A stretch of 64,000 bases of DNA from Octopus sinensis (lineage: Eukaryota). Numbering within the stretch: the stretch's first letter is position 1; every line of letters begins with the position of its first letter. The DNA is taken from NCBI RefSeq assembly GCF_006345805.1, contig NC_042998.1, positions 5,270,001 through 5,334,000 on the forward strand. The letters are read 5' to 3'. A model generated the notes under the pieces. It saw only the letters and a list, made by a program, of their open reading frames with translations. It ran no database searches and was not told the DNA's origin. This document shows positions 1-12,766 of this stretch, one piece after another. The translations under genes and the position numbers were made by a program.

Positions 1-367
1 TGTACATATTATGATGATTAATCTCTTTAGATGAGAAAAAATCGAAGGCTGAATGTCTAAATATCTGTGCAAATAAGTCTGTGTATGTGCGATTGTACGT
101 GTACATGTGTGAGTGTGTGCGTGTATGTGTGTGTCTGTCTATTTATGTGTATGCGTGTGTTTGTGTGAGTGAGTGACAGTCTGTATGTGTGTGTGTTTGT
201 GTGTGTGTTCGTTTGTGTGTGTGTGTGCGTGTGTGTGTGTGTGGTGTGTGTGTGTGTCCGTCTCTCCTGGAAAGGAAATATTTTGAATTCAAATATTTCC
301 CAGAATAATTTTGTTTATAAGCATTGTTATCCCAAATTTTCGAGCAATCGAGATCTTATTACAATAA

Positions 368-1225
368 CACTGTGCAACACTCAGAAAAGTACAAGAGATC
401 TGTGGCTATTTTTATATGCAAAATGACACGAGAAATCTACTTCTGGCCTTCTTTTTGTTGAATTAGGCATGGTCTCTACAGAATTGTCATTGTATACCCT
501 TTTTATCATTATTATTAAATAAAATTCTCTACCGCATTGTAAAATGAGTTTTAATCCAGGGCTAGAGACCAATCTGAGTAACACCTACAATGTGATTCAA
601 AGCTTGTGTTTAATGTTATTTTTTATCTTTCAGATCTTATTTGTTTTCAACAATGAGTGCAAGACAGTGCAAAAATGATCCAAACAGATTCTGTTATATT
701 TGTGGGGAATTGACTTTGCTAAAGAAAAGCGCATTATTACACGCCATATCAAGAAAATATACAAGGCGTACTTTGATTGTTACTTAGGAGACCAGGATCT
801 GTCATGGGCTCCTCTTGTGGGTCGCCTTACATGTGTGAAAACATTGAGTGCCTGGTGTTCAGGAAAAAATGTTCACATGAAGTTTGGTGTGCTAATGATT
901 TGGCGTGAGCAGAAAGATCGCTCTTATGATTGCTATTTCTGTCACCATGACTTTACAGGCTGTACTACAGCAAAGAAAAAGAAACACATTGTATACCCAA
1001 ATTTTCAATCAGCAATGCGCCCAGTGGAGCACTCAGAAAATTCACCTGTGCCCAAACCTCCAGATAAAGAAATGCAGAATTCCATCAGTGCTGATGAACA
1101 TTCCAGTGGTGAATGTGTGGAGCCCAATGATCCAGAAAGTGAGAATAAACCAATACCATTTTCTCAAGGGGCTCTAAAGGACTTCTGCAGGGATCTCTAT
1201 TTAACCAAAGAGAAAAGTGCTGATT
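368..1225 (+). mobile_element. Chapaev3-like (CMC superfamily) DNA transposon, 5' part with frameshifted, truncated transposase
   Basis: ATG at 653 reads MSARQCKNDPNRFCYICGELT, then a 1-nt frameshift into ORF 700..1242 (YKAYFDCYLGDQDLSWAPL..TC..WREQKDRSYDCYFC..YPNFQSAMRPVEH..FSQGALKDFCRDLYLTKEKSA). This is the Chapa zinc-finger pattern. Candidate terminus CACTGTGCAACA at 368; polypyrimidine-CAG acceptor at 620-633 just upstream of the ATG. The catalytic C-terminal half is absent. Confidence 0.75.
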
Positions 1226-1496
1226 GCAATCAGCATTGTTAATATTTGTAATTCACTATAACCAAGTAATTCTTTACTTACTTATCGCTACAATATACCC
1301 GTCGGTCTATCTTTCAAAAGTAACAAGTCAGTAATCTCTGTTGAAAAAAATTGATCATATAAATATTGATCTTTGTTTAATTTTTTTGACAAAAATCACA
1401 TGAGATAACAAACTGAGAATCACGCCAATACACGAACGTGTTAAGAACTGCTAAGCTGAATTTAGCTAACTTTGATCAGCTACATGATTTTGCATA

Positions 1497-1606
1497 TACA
1501 TACATACATACTTACGCACACATACACAAACGCACATGCACACACATACATGCATATATATATATATATATCATATATATAGATAGATGGATACATGCGT
1601 GTGAGT

Positions 1607-1663
<57 letters not shown>

Positions 1664-1813
1664 TCTTACACACATGCATACATACATGCATACATACATA
1701 GATACATATGTACAATTATACGTTGTCGTAAACACTAAGGTAACAAGTGAGGCACTCTGTCATATATATATATATGGATATATATACATATATATGTATA
1801 TATACACACACAC

Positions 1814-1890
<77 letters not shown>

Positions 1891-1920
1891 CGTAGATATG
1901 TATGAATGTGTGAGTGTATG
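1497..1920. repeat. Compound (TA)n/(CA)n/(TACA)n microsatellite
   Basis: Direct reading of the sequence. Confidence 0.95.
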
Positions 1921-1949
1921 TATATCGTTATTCAGTTTTTTTGTGTTTT

Positions 1950-2358
1950 TTTCAAGACTTCTTGCCTATAGAGAAGGAGCCGGTTTCTATCCTAGAATCA
2001 AGTTTCCTTCAATGGTATTTCAACATCAACAAGATATTTGTGCATGTATGTGTGCAGTATTTTGAGTTAGGGCATCCTCAGATTTGTATGTTTTGTTTTA
2101 TGTATGTATTATCGTGCTTATAGTTGCATGCCTAGGTATGCTCATATATATTTGAATGATAAACTAATGGGAAGTTTGACAAATTTTTACAGTTCCAATG
2201 TCGGCTTAGATCTGTAGATCTTGGATCAGCTTTCTTATTTCTGGTTTTAAAAATCGGAATTTCTCAGGACTGGTATCTTGGCACTGTGTTACAATTCCCA
2301 GTGCTCCAATAATTACAGATATAAAGCTGAACTTGTAATCAAGGTAGAGTAACTCTTA
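1950..2358 (-). mobile_element. 3' end of an R4/Dong-like (restriction-like endonuclease) non-LTR retrotransposon
   Basis: Minus strand 2356-2168 translates LLYLDYKFSFISVIIGALGIVTQC...IRKLIQDLQI*ADIGTVKICQT, matching the PVIxGALG...LQ...GT..I C-terminal motif of RLE LINEs, followed by presumed 3' UTR. Confidence 0.65.
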
Positions 2359-2817
2359 TGAATGTATGTATGTATGTGACAGGCGCCGCCAACAGTGGAG
2401 TATGGGTAACACAAACGAGATTTTAATGCAAAAATTTTATCTATATCGTTAGCGACTACCTGTTTATTTGACTTTGCTTTGAAACACTGTGTTGTCTTCT
2501 TTCAATCCCGATCCCAACAGTGCAAAAACATTGAATCCTGAGAATTCAGAACAAGATACGATAGAAACAAAAGAACAACTGGCGTCAACTATTGGCTGTT
2601 TCATACTTCTTGACGCTGATGAAAAATGAACTGCAATGTTGAACTCGGCAGAATTTGAGTGTAGAAAGCTAACAATTACTGTCAGATATTTTATCTTACA
2701 GTTTAACGACTTACAGTCTCTTTTCCTCCCTTGTTTCTCTTTCCTCTTTCTCGATCAATACACACACACACACATATGCATACATATATACATACATTCA
2801 TATACAAGTGTAATGTA

Positions 2818-3680
2818 TATAAATAATGTGGTTTTTTCAATTGCATGAGCTAAAAATCGGAGGGGACGGGATGAGCTACCTGCCTCAACTTACTATAAAA
2901 GTAGGTAGTAATTTTAACTTGTACTTATTCTTAGTGAAAGCTTTGAAGAGTGCAGTTCGATTTTTAAACTTATTTTTTAAAAGCTATAATGAAATTGTCG
3001 AAGGAGCATATTCGGCATATTTTGCTTTATGTGTTCAATAAAGGCAACGGAAAGTGTGGGGAATATTAATGCAGAATATGAGGATCGGACAATAAGCGTA
3101 AGCCAGTGTTAACGGTGGTTCCAGAAATTCCGAACCGGAAACTACAGCCTGGAAGAGAAGCCACGTACTGAAAGATTTGTAGAGCTCGACGAAGACATCC
3201 TACAAACCCTTGTGGAACAAAATCCCAGCATAACTGTTGAAGAACTAGCAGAGGCGCTTGGATTTGGCCATTCATCCATTCATCGACACGGACGTGCCAT
3301 CGGAAAAACGACCATCTTTGATTTCAACAACGAGGGTGACATTCGAAAGGCTGGAGCAGTTTGAATGAGAAACGCTGCCCCACCCATCATATTCGCCGGA
3401 CATTGCGCCATCTGGTTATCATTTTTTCTGCAGTCTTCAAAGTTGTTTGGACGGAGAGAATATGAATTCTGTAGACGAAGCCAGAACAGTACTGGAAGAA
3501 TATTTTTTGTCACGGACAAGTGAATTTTGGAAGAGGGGCCTTGGCAGTGTACCAGACAGATGGAAGAACAATGTAGAAAATGAAGGAGATATGTTTTAAA
3601 TTGAAAAAGATCTTTGTTTATCTTAATTTTGAAAAATAAAAGTATTAAAAAACCGCATTATTTATGGGATTGACCCAATA
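2818..3680 (+). mobile_element. Mariner transposon, internally deleted, degenerate
   Basis: ATG 2989 MKLSKEHIRHILLYVFNKGN; HPSYSPDIAPSGYHF motif at ~3381-3425; 3' TIR ccgcattatttatgggattgacccaata ending ~3680; remnant 5' TIR ataaataatgtggtttttt at ~2819. Confidence 0.85.
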
Positions 3681-4121
3681 TATATGTATTTATATGTATA
3701 TGTATCTATATCTATCTCTGTATATATATATGTTTGTGTGTGTGTGTGTGCGTGTGCGTGTGCGTATGTGTGTGTGTGTGCATGTGTGTGTGCTATGTGT
3801 GTATGTGCGTGGGTAGGTGTACACAGCTATGTTAAATGATTCAGTTCTGAATGCGCTGTTCACTGGAAAGAAAGGAAAGAGATAGGGAAGGTTCTTGGGG
3901 GAGGCTTGAATGCTTTTGGCCATAAATCTGGTTGATTAGGTATGGCCTCAAATTAAGCAACAACCAAAAACGCCACGAAACATCAAGGGAAGTAAAAATA
4001 TCAGCATGAGTTTAATTCCAATTACTGTAGCATAAATATTGCAAACCAATCTTGTATTGCAAAACACTAACAGTGCCTCTATTGCAAATTTTAAAATAAG
4101 TGTACCTGAAACCCCTTAAGA

Positions 4122-4141
4122 AGGGTTAGGGTTAGGGTTAG
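4122..4141 (+). repeat. Short (TTAGGG)n telomere-like tract
   Basis: agggttagggttagggttag read directly; only about 3 units. Confidence 0.6.
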
Positions 4142-5319
4142 AAATGACTGCAGTCAAGTTCATGAAATAAATTGTGTATTTTAGGAATTATTATTCTTTA
4201 ACTAGTTTCAGTCTTTTAAGTGTACCAATATTAGGTTCCTGCATTTGGTTTTATGGCTGGAGTACTTTTTTTCGTTGTAGAACAAAACCGATAGTCGAAA
4301 ATGGTGTAATGTGATCGAAGTTATTTTTGATCGATGCGCCATTTTACTACCTTATAGTAATGACACAAAATGCAATGGTAAAAGAGACTCGTCCAAAATA
4401 CCAATAAGTTGGCTTGTATCTCTAACCACGCGATTGTTTAACGAAATTCTAAACCCATGCATATATTTATATATTTGTGTATAACATGCAACATAATTCT
4501 GACGAAAAGGTTCGATAGAATATATTTAAATTTAAGGAACTAATTTGTTTCTTCTTCAAAACTTTGAATGCTTATGCCTCATATATATTTCAAATAAACG
4601 GCATGCATGGAAAAATAAGGAAATCAAATACAAAATAAATGTCACAAAAATACAATAAGAGAAATTCATAACGATATAAAATTTATTATGTATTTTAATT
4701 TTTAATCTCTATCCTTGCCATCTCTGAAGCTTTCAATTTTATGTTCTCTATTGCCGTCATGGAAACTTTCAAATTCTTTTTCATTACAGTCATTTTTTAA
4801 ACATTTCTATGCTCGTTCTTTACAGATCCCGCCATTTTTTTTTGTTATTCATTTCGTCTTCCATATAAAGTATTGCTAACACTACACTTCCAGTAAACAG
4901 CCCCCTCCTTAATGTTAATAAATATGGAACCATCCAGAAGCTACATAACTGCATCAAGTAACACATACAGACAAGCATATTGAAAAGGCACCTAGATCAC
5001 AACCATCCACAGAATATTATCGTTACCATCAAGGCAATAGAACGTAGCATGAGCTATTTGAGGAGGCTATCATGATTATTAAACTGAAACAGTCCATCAA
5101 CAGCAGACCAGAGATACGCGAATGGCAATGATTACAGTATGAATCTCACATCTTGGATGTCACAACACTTTCTAATTATTTGAGCCAAAGATACTGGTTC
5201 TACATATACACATTTTCTCCTGACCAAGAGGTCTCATAGAAATACAAAGCAAAGTTCAAACTGTTGTTATGTCTTACTTGTATTTTCAGTTCTGCATTTC
5301 ATTTTAAATTTCATTGGAC

Positions 5320-5599
5320 GACCTCGGTGGAATGTGAACTCAGAACGTAAAAACAAACGAAATACGTATTTCTTTACTACCCACAAGGGGTTAAATACAG
5401 AGAGGGCAAACAAGGACAGACAAACGGATTAAGTCGATTATATCGACCCCAGTGCGTAACTGGTATTTATTTAATCGACCCCGAGAGGATGAAAAGCAAA
5501 GTCGACCTCAGCGAAATTTGAACTCAGAACGTAACGGCAGACGAAATAAGGCTACGCATTTCACCCAGCGTGCTAACGTTTCTACCAGTTTGCCGCCTT
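5320..5599 (-). mobile_element. tRNA-derived SINE family A (Meta/MESC-like central domain), full copy abutting a partial copy
   Basis: Reverse complement of the family A consensus seen at 37584 (ggcggcgagctggcagaaacgttagc...gagttcaaattcc...ctttcatcctttcggggtcgat...gtaccag) with the ...ttgtgggtagtaaagaaatac tail. Confidence 0.85.
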
Positions 5600-8348
5600 A
5601 TATACATACATATAGTATAATTATTAGTTACAGATTGTAAAATTCAGCACCGCTTACCAAATAATCGCATATGTTTGTGTGTGTGTGTGTGTGTGTGTAA
5701 CCGAATTAACTCACAATTCATTGATCGGTTCAAGGCTATAGTAGAAGACACTTAATGAAACTGTTCCTCAGCGGAACTAGTAAATGTGTGATTCTTATGA
5801 ATTCTACTTTTGCAAAGTCGGTTTCGGTTTGATGCTCGCCAATGAGTTTCATTCATCCAAGCAGCATTATATACTTTGGTATTACAACCAAATTTCTTCT
5901 GAGTCGAATAATTAAGATTAAAGTTGTTTCTTAGTCAAATTTCCTCTGGAAAATATTAATCTGTCAAATTAAAGAATTCCAAGCTATATTAGATCTTCCT
6001 GCTATATGTAATGCTAGGTTATATTGTCTTATAATAATTCTGCTTGTTCTTCCGTTACTTAGCCCGTCCATAACGCTTCCACGTTATTAGTTGAAGGGGA
6101 CAGAGGCGAGAAAGGGGAGGGCTGGATGGATGGGGAGAAGTGGGAGGGGAGGAGAGGTGGTGGTGAATGAAATGTGTAATTTCTTGAGCTTACTTATTTT
6201 TCCCCCGTTACTTAGAGGGCTATAAGGGGCTTTCACGTGATTAGTTTAAGGGAAAAGCGAAGAGCAAAAGAAAAGAGAGGAAAAGAGGGTAAGGTGGAGA
6301 GTGAGAGAGAGAGTGTGCGTTGTGTATTAAGTCTATTAAATTTTGCATAAAGTATATAAAATATATATATATATATAAAGTACATTAAGTAATCATAGTA
6401 TTCAAATTTCCTTCACTTTTCAATGATTAGCAGTTGGGTGGCTATCTTTTGATACAGACACAACACAGGCTACGCTTTCAGGTATTTTGAATAAAGCTTA
6501 TCATTAATTTGGATACGTTTACCATTAATTTCGTGAAATATTCACGGGTCCTGCTAGTAAAATATTATTTTTACCATTGTTGTTCCTGGACTTTCTGTCT
6601 TTCTTACATGTCGTATCTTATCGGATAATGTGACGATGTTTTCTAGATTCGTTATCTCTAGCATCAGCACATTCCTTCGAGAAACAAGCTGAGAGTGGGT
6701 TGAAATGCTCACATCCCCAATTCAAATGTTACTGCTGATGATGAGGAGAAATTCGGGAAAAGGAAAGAAGTAAGAACGAAACGATGATTCTGTTAATCTG
6801 TGATGGGGGACAACAGTTTTTGTGAGTTTATAGAATTTTGATCGTCACTGTTACCATATTTCTAATATGCCTAATCACAAATTGCACAGCACGTACTTAA
6901 TATGGGTTGTGTATGTTTGTGCGATTGTAGTGCTGTATGTTTGTATGTTTGTGCATATATGTGTTTGAGCATATATGTGTATTTGTGTGTATATGTGTAC
7001 CTGTGCGCATGGTCATATTACTATATGATAATTAGTGAGAAATGTGATGGACAAGTGGATATAATATATGATTTCTAATTCATCAGGTCGCCAGATATTC
7101 ATTCTGCGTGTCACTCTACTCTCATTCACTAAATATTCATTTCTAATTATGAAGTCATTATACAATGCCTAATATCGGAAGATTATACCATGAAATAATC
7201 TTATTAACAGGATTGTCCTATCATTAAATTCAGATTTCCTAATTTGACTTACACATTTCTTAAACATAAAATTAGATCTTACAAATCACATAAATATATC
7301 CTTGCTGAATTTTTGTTTATATCTTAATGATCAAATTAAACATTGATTTTATGATTATTTAAAACACCAACTTTCAGACTAAAGAAATGTAATATTGAGA
7401 AACATCTCATGACTATAAATTAGATTCATCTACATCTTCAATAACTAATAAGATTTTTTTTTCTTCTCTCATTTTCTTCTTTTTATGGCAAATCTTTCAG
7501 ATATAAAATCCTAAAAATTTAGTATGGCTACTCTGTTACTAATCAGCAAGTTACTTACGTGATTATTATCGACATCGTGGTAATTCTGCTATGTAGTCGA
7601 TGTTTTGTTGCTTTCTGTTTACTACTCTCGATGTTTTCTTGACTAACCATATTTATATTCATTTCTTGTTTTGTTTTTTTTTTTGTATGTGTGTTTTTCT
7701 TTTACTAATACCGATAATTTAATTCTCTGGTAGTTAACAGTAACAAGGTATTTGCTGCTTTAATTACCGTCTTCACTGATTTGTGATATCAATGTCAATG
7801 ACCTGTAAAATTCTGTTTCAACGCCCACTCAAAATAATGCAGTAACAGGAAATAGATACACTAAGATTAATGTAACAGATAACTAACGATCTGATTTATG
7901 ATTTCGAAGTTTTCGGCAATAATAAGACAGCGAGGTTTTATGAGATACTTTGAACATTTTGATTTCACCAATAAGTGGTGAACCTAAGAAAGAAACCCCA
8001 AAAATGATTATGTAACTTGGACTCATATTGCAAATAATGTATACAAATAAATGGAAAACAATATTCGTTTTTATAAAATTATCAATGCTTTTTCAACAAA
8101 ACCATGTGCAAATGTTGAGTAGAAAATCAACAGTTTGAAATCACTTCACGGTATAACTCGCATTTCTGTGATCTAATTTAAAATTTATTTAGAGTAGCGA
8201 GATCGAAAGCAAAGTTTATTAACAAGAGTGTGATCGAAAACAAAATTATCTCTTCGAGATAGTTCTCTTTTTTCTTTTTGATATTTCTAATATTAATAAA
8301 TTCTACATTTTATCGTAGTATGATTAATCATATATATATATATATGTA

Positions 8349-8574
8349 GAGGCGCAATGGCCTAGTGGTTAGGGCAGCGGACTCGCGGTCGCAGGATCGC
8401 GGTTTCGATTCTCAGACTGGGCGTTGTGTGTGTTTATTGAGCGAAAACACCTAAAAGCTCTACGAGGCTCCGGCAGGGGGTGGTGATCCCTGCTGTACTC
8501 TTTCACCACAATGGCGGTGCCCCAGCATGGCCACAGCTCAAGAGCTGAAACTGGAAAAACAAAAACAAAAAACA
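8349..8574 (+). mobile_element. tRNA-derived SINE family B with CR1-type tail
   Basis: A box TGGCCTAGTGG, B box GTTTCGATTC; body shared with the 26686 and 55771 copies; tail ggcggtgccccagcatggccacagctc..gagctgaaact; A-rich end. Confidence 0.85.
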
Positions 8575-8814
8575 ATATATATTTGAGTAGTTGAATGAAT
8601 TATCTTATTAAGGATAATTCGAAAGGTAACCGATACCTGGGTAGCAAATTCACATCAGAAAGAACACGGTCGAAGCTACGTCCCTAGGGCATAGACTACG
8701 TGTCTTCGTGCGGAAATTTGTATGTTTATTTTACGATTATAAGTATATGAAAGAATGGAGTTGAACGACTAGTTAACAAATATCCTTTATATATATATAT
8801 ATATATATATACAA

Positions 8815-8983
8815 GGAGCACTTCGTCTGTTACGACGACGAGGGTCCCAGGTAATATTATCAATGGAACAGCTTGCTCAAGAAATTAATGTGCAAGTGGC
8901 TGAGCACTCCACAGACACGTGTACACCTAACGTAGTCCTCAGGAAGATTCAGCGTGCACAGAGAGTGACAAGGGTGGCACTTT
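8815..8983 (-). mobile_element. SINE family D 3' portion
   Basis: Homologous to 30960-31120 (gttacgacgacgagggt..aatggaacagcttgctc..aattaatgtgcaagtggctgagcactccacagacacg). Confidence 0.7.
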
Positions 8984-9768
8984 GTTTTATGATTGACAAA
9001 TTTGTTTTGATGATGTTAAAAACGTTTTGGTGAGGCAGGTTGTAAGTTACTAGAAATGGTATTGTGTTCCTTTGATGGGTTTGTCATTTTCGTGTTGCTC
9101 TAAGTTGTTCTGTTTTGCTCGTTGTTTGCTCTTTTCTATAAGTAGGAGAGGGTAATTTTGCTCGAGCAGAAATCCTTTGAGTTCTATAAGTTGTGTGTTT
9201 CTGGTATGTAGATGATAGACTATAGTACAAATTTTCCTGGCTAGACAGTACGGGATGTTGCGTTTTGTGTGTGTTGGGTGGCATGATTTGAAATTTAGGT
9301 ACTGGTGTGTATCTGCGCTTTTGTAATAAATATCAGTTGTGATTGTGGTGTTGTTTTTAATTACCATTATGTCAAGCAATGCTCATTTCTCTTGTGAATT
9401 TAAGACTAAGGTGTAGATTATTGAGGAGGGGGCTGAATTCTTCCAGATTTCCGAGGGATTTGGTCCGAATTTGGAAACAATCATCGAGGTAACTTCTCCA
9501 TGTGTCCTCTACATGTCTTTAAAAGTCATGCCGTAGTTCTCTTCTATGTTTTTATGTAGGTTTTGTTCCAAGTATCCCAGTACTGAGTTCGCGAAAACTG
9601 GAGCAAATCGCGTCCCCATAGCTGTGCCTCGAATTTGGAAGAAGTTTTTTCCATTAAAAAGGAATGTATTGTTTTCGAGGATGAGGCTGACCGCGTCTGG
9701 TATGAAGGTTAGAGTAAATCTAGTGGGGGATCGCTTCTCTATCTTTCACGAACCAATATTTTATGGCA
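8984..9768 (-). mobile_element. Penelope-like element reverse transcriptase fragment (frameshifted)
   Basis: Minus strand reads AIKYW...ILENNTFLFNGKNFFQIRGTAMGTRFAPVFAN...WRSYLDDCF, then LDIMVIKNNTTITTDIYYKSADTHQYLNFKSCHPTHTKRNIPYCLARKICTIV (ORF 9050..9379). These are typical PLE RT and thumb motifs. Confidence 0.9.
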
Positions 9769-10004
9769 GTTCTAAGACGTATTAAAGTTGTGAAGAACTT
9801 AACTGTCAGTCAAACACATTTGAAATCTGATAAATACGCTGTGTGAAAGCGCTAATTTTGTTAATATAACTTAATAAAAAACGTGAGAACCAGGCTGTTT
9901 TAACTTTATTCAACTTATGCATTATTCTATATACATTCACAAAAATTCGAAACAATATATATATAATATATATATATATACATTTACATGCATACTTGTG
10001 CATC

Positions 10005-10039
<35 letters not shown>

Positions 10040-10043
<4 letters not shown>

Positions 10044-10311
10044 GAAAATCAACGAAAATGCATATTGCAGATAGAAAAAGGCTATTTATGACAGGTAGTG
10101 ACAAATATATACATTTAGAGTGACTGAGGTAGTAATACGAGTCATAAAGGTCATTATTATGAGATGATTATAAGATGTATAATCATCTCATAATAATGAC
10201 TTTTATGACTCGTATTACTACCTCAGTCAATCTAAATGTATATATTTGTCCCTACCTGTCATAAATAGCCTTTTTCTATCTGCAATATGCATTTTCGTTG
10301 ATTTTTCATAT
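10040..10311. repeat. Near-perfect fold-back inverted repeat (arms ~133 bp, 5-nt loop)
   Basis: 10040-10172 is the reverse complement of 10178-10311 with few mismatches; centre gatgattata-agatg-tataatcatc. Confidence 0.95.
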
Positions 10312-12075
10312 TTTACCCTTACATTTCCACGTGTAATTTATATTTTCTTTTCGCAACATATTTCTACTATATATATATATAGTTTTATACAAACAAACAC
10401 ATACACACACTTACACACACACACGCAAACATACACTGGGTGAGTAAACCGTCGTTGCCAGACAATTTCCTCAACGGAATGTCTTTATTTTAATTTTTTA
10501 CCTATTACGAACAGTTACGTATACTCTATGAAATTAATTGTTTTATGGTTAAACTCTGGCAAGAGATGTGAAATCAGTACCCACCACTCGGCAGTTCCTT
10601 CTTTTGCTCCTGCTGCCATGTCTTCATAATTTAATCATAAAATCTCCAATTAAATTATTGCAATAAATTTAGGAATCTAATTGGTGTAGGTGGGTAGAGG
10701 AAAATATAGCTTGTTGAGAGAGATGTATGCTGTATAAAACCAAAGGCACGGTAGCTTAGTATGCAGAATGCGGGCAGAACTAACATAGAGTGAGAAAAAC
10801 GTACAGATAGGTAATTGGTTTTATCAAATTGAAGCATATTAAAATAAATGGCACGGAGTATGCAGAGTCCTTCGACCTTTGATGTCTTAGTAAAATAGGT
10901 ATTAAAGTGATGATAATGAAGATAACGATGATGGTATTGATGATGAAAATAATGATGAGGATAACGGCGGTTTCGACAACATCTCTATAGAGAAGGAGAT
11001 GGAAAGAGAACAACAGTTTAATTGTTGTTATTGTTGTTGCTGTTATTATTCTTGTTGGTAGTGGTGGTGGCGGTGATGGTGGTAGTGGTGGTGGTGGTGA
11101 TGGTGGTGGCGGTGATGGTGCTGACGATAATAATGACAACTAAGTCTTAACTATTATTTCCGCATCGAGAGTAAATCGCATTAAGCGACTAATGAATGTC
11201 ATTTCCTACAACTTTTCACTAATTACAGCATTTATATACCAAATACTCTCATAACTTTGTTGACATTAATTCACATATACGCACACATATATACGCGCGC
11301 ACATAAATATATACACATATACATTCAAATCTCTGTCGATAATACTATAGTGAGTTTATAATTCAAGACTAGCTGAAATAATTCCATCTCTAATCTACAA
11401 CAACGGATTAATAATCCAAATGATCTAGATTGTCAGAAGTTTATTGTATAATTCGAATATTGTCACCCTTCCATTTTCTTTAAGTTTTGCATTCATTAAC
11501 GGATTTGGTATCGTATATATAAATATAAATATATATGTGTGTATATATACATATATATATATACGTATGTGTGTGTGTGCGTATTCACTAAGTTTCGATG
11601 CGCGAAAAATAATATATTCTTATCAAGTGGGGGAACAGAATCTCAAAAATGTTTCTGATGAAATGACATCCAAAATATATTCAATGAAATTAATTTAGTT
11701 CAATTATGACATTTAACTAAATTTTAAAATTGAGTTATTAGAATAATGTAGTTAATATAATCTAGAATTATTAATTATATGATAGACAAGTTTTAGTGAA
11801 TGAAGGAATCTGGTGTAGAGAAATTAAATGTTTAAAATAGCAATGGAATTGTTTCCATCTACTTTTCTTAAAATGTATAGTCATATACGCACATCTAAAT
11901 ACATATGTATATATACATACATGCTTGCATACGTATATATACACATATGTGTGTGTATATACATATATATGTATGTGTGCGTGTGTGTGTGTGTGTGTAC
12001 ACACATTACTTTTCCCCTATTTATACTGCGTGTAGTCTTTTTCTTTCAAACTGTTTCTATTATTAATATACATAC

Positions 12076-12122
<47 letters not shown>

Positions 12123-12123
<1 letters not shown>

Positions 12124-12325
12124 GGAGAATTAAAAAAGACAAAACAAAAGACGAAGACAGCTGGTGTAGACAACAAACAGACATATTAGTATAACGCTCA
12201 GGAATTGAAAAAGTCTTTAACGTTGCGAGCCTACGCTCTTCTAGAGAAAGGAACACAGAAAGAAACAAGGAGAGAAAATAAAGAATGTGTAGTTGCTAGG
12301 GATTTACCATGCCGAATGATAGATA
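12123..12325 (-). mobile_element. Short non-autonomous PLE-terminus-like repeat with degenerate minimal hammerhead
   Basis: Minus strand TTT-CTCTAGA-A-GAGC-gtag-GCTC-GCAA-CG-TT-AAA followed by ttcctgagcg; related to 56105-56310; sits between TA tracts. Confidence 0.5.
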
Positions 12326-12348
12326 TACACACATATACATATATATAT

Positions 12349-12766
12349 AACCTGCAACTCCTGGTGGAGCAAAATTCCATTGTAACTATTGAGGAACTAT
12401 CAGAAAAGCTTGGATTTTGTCATTCAAACCTTCATCGACACCTGCGCTAGAAGAAAAATGACCATATTTCATTCCAAGACAAAAGCTGTTCTTATATCTG
12501 GATAATGCTCTGCCACATACAGTGAGGATGTCATTCCAAGAGCTGAAACAGTTTGAATTGGAAACGATGCCCGACCAACCATATTCGACAGACATTGCTT
12601 CTTCTGGTTATCATTTATTCCGCAGTCTTCAAAATCATTTGAATTCTATAGACGACGTCAATAGAGTACTGGAAGAGTATTTTTCGTCACGGCCAAGTGA
12701 ATTTTGGAAGAGGGGCCTTGCAAAACTGCCAAATAGATGGAACATCATTTATGGGATGACCCAATA
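12349..12766 (+). mobile_element. Mariner transposon 3' fragment (same family as 2818-3680)
   Basis: QPYSTDIASSGYHLFRSLQNHL...EEYFSSRPSEFWKRGL (ORF 12522..12800); TIR catttatgggatgacccaata. Confidence 0.85.

Noticed and set aside
6114-6149. G-rich tract, possible G-quadruplex
   Set aside because: Requires a 10-nt loop and lies in generic purine-rich low complexity; no functional context.
10780-11139. Proline-rich 119-aa ORF
   Set aside because: Arises from (GGT/GAT/GTT)n low-complexity sequence; no splice or homology support.
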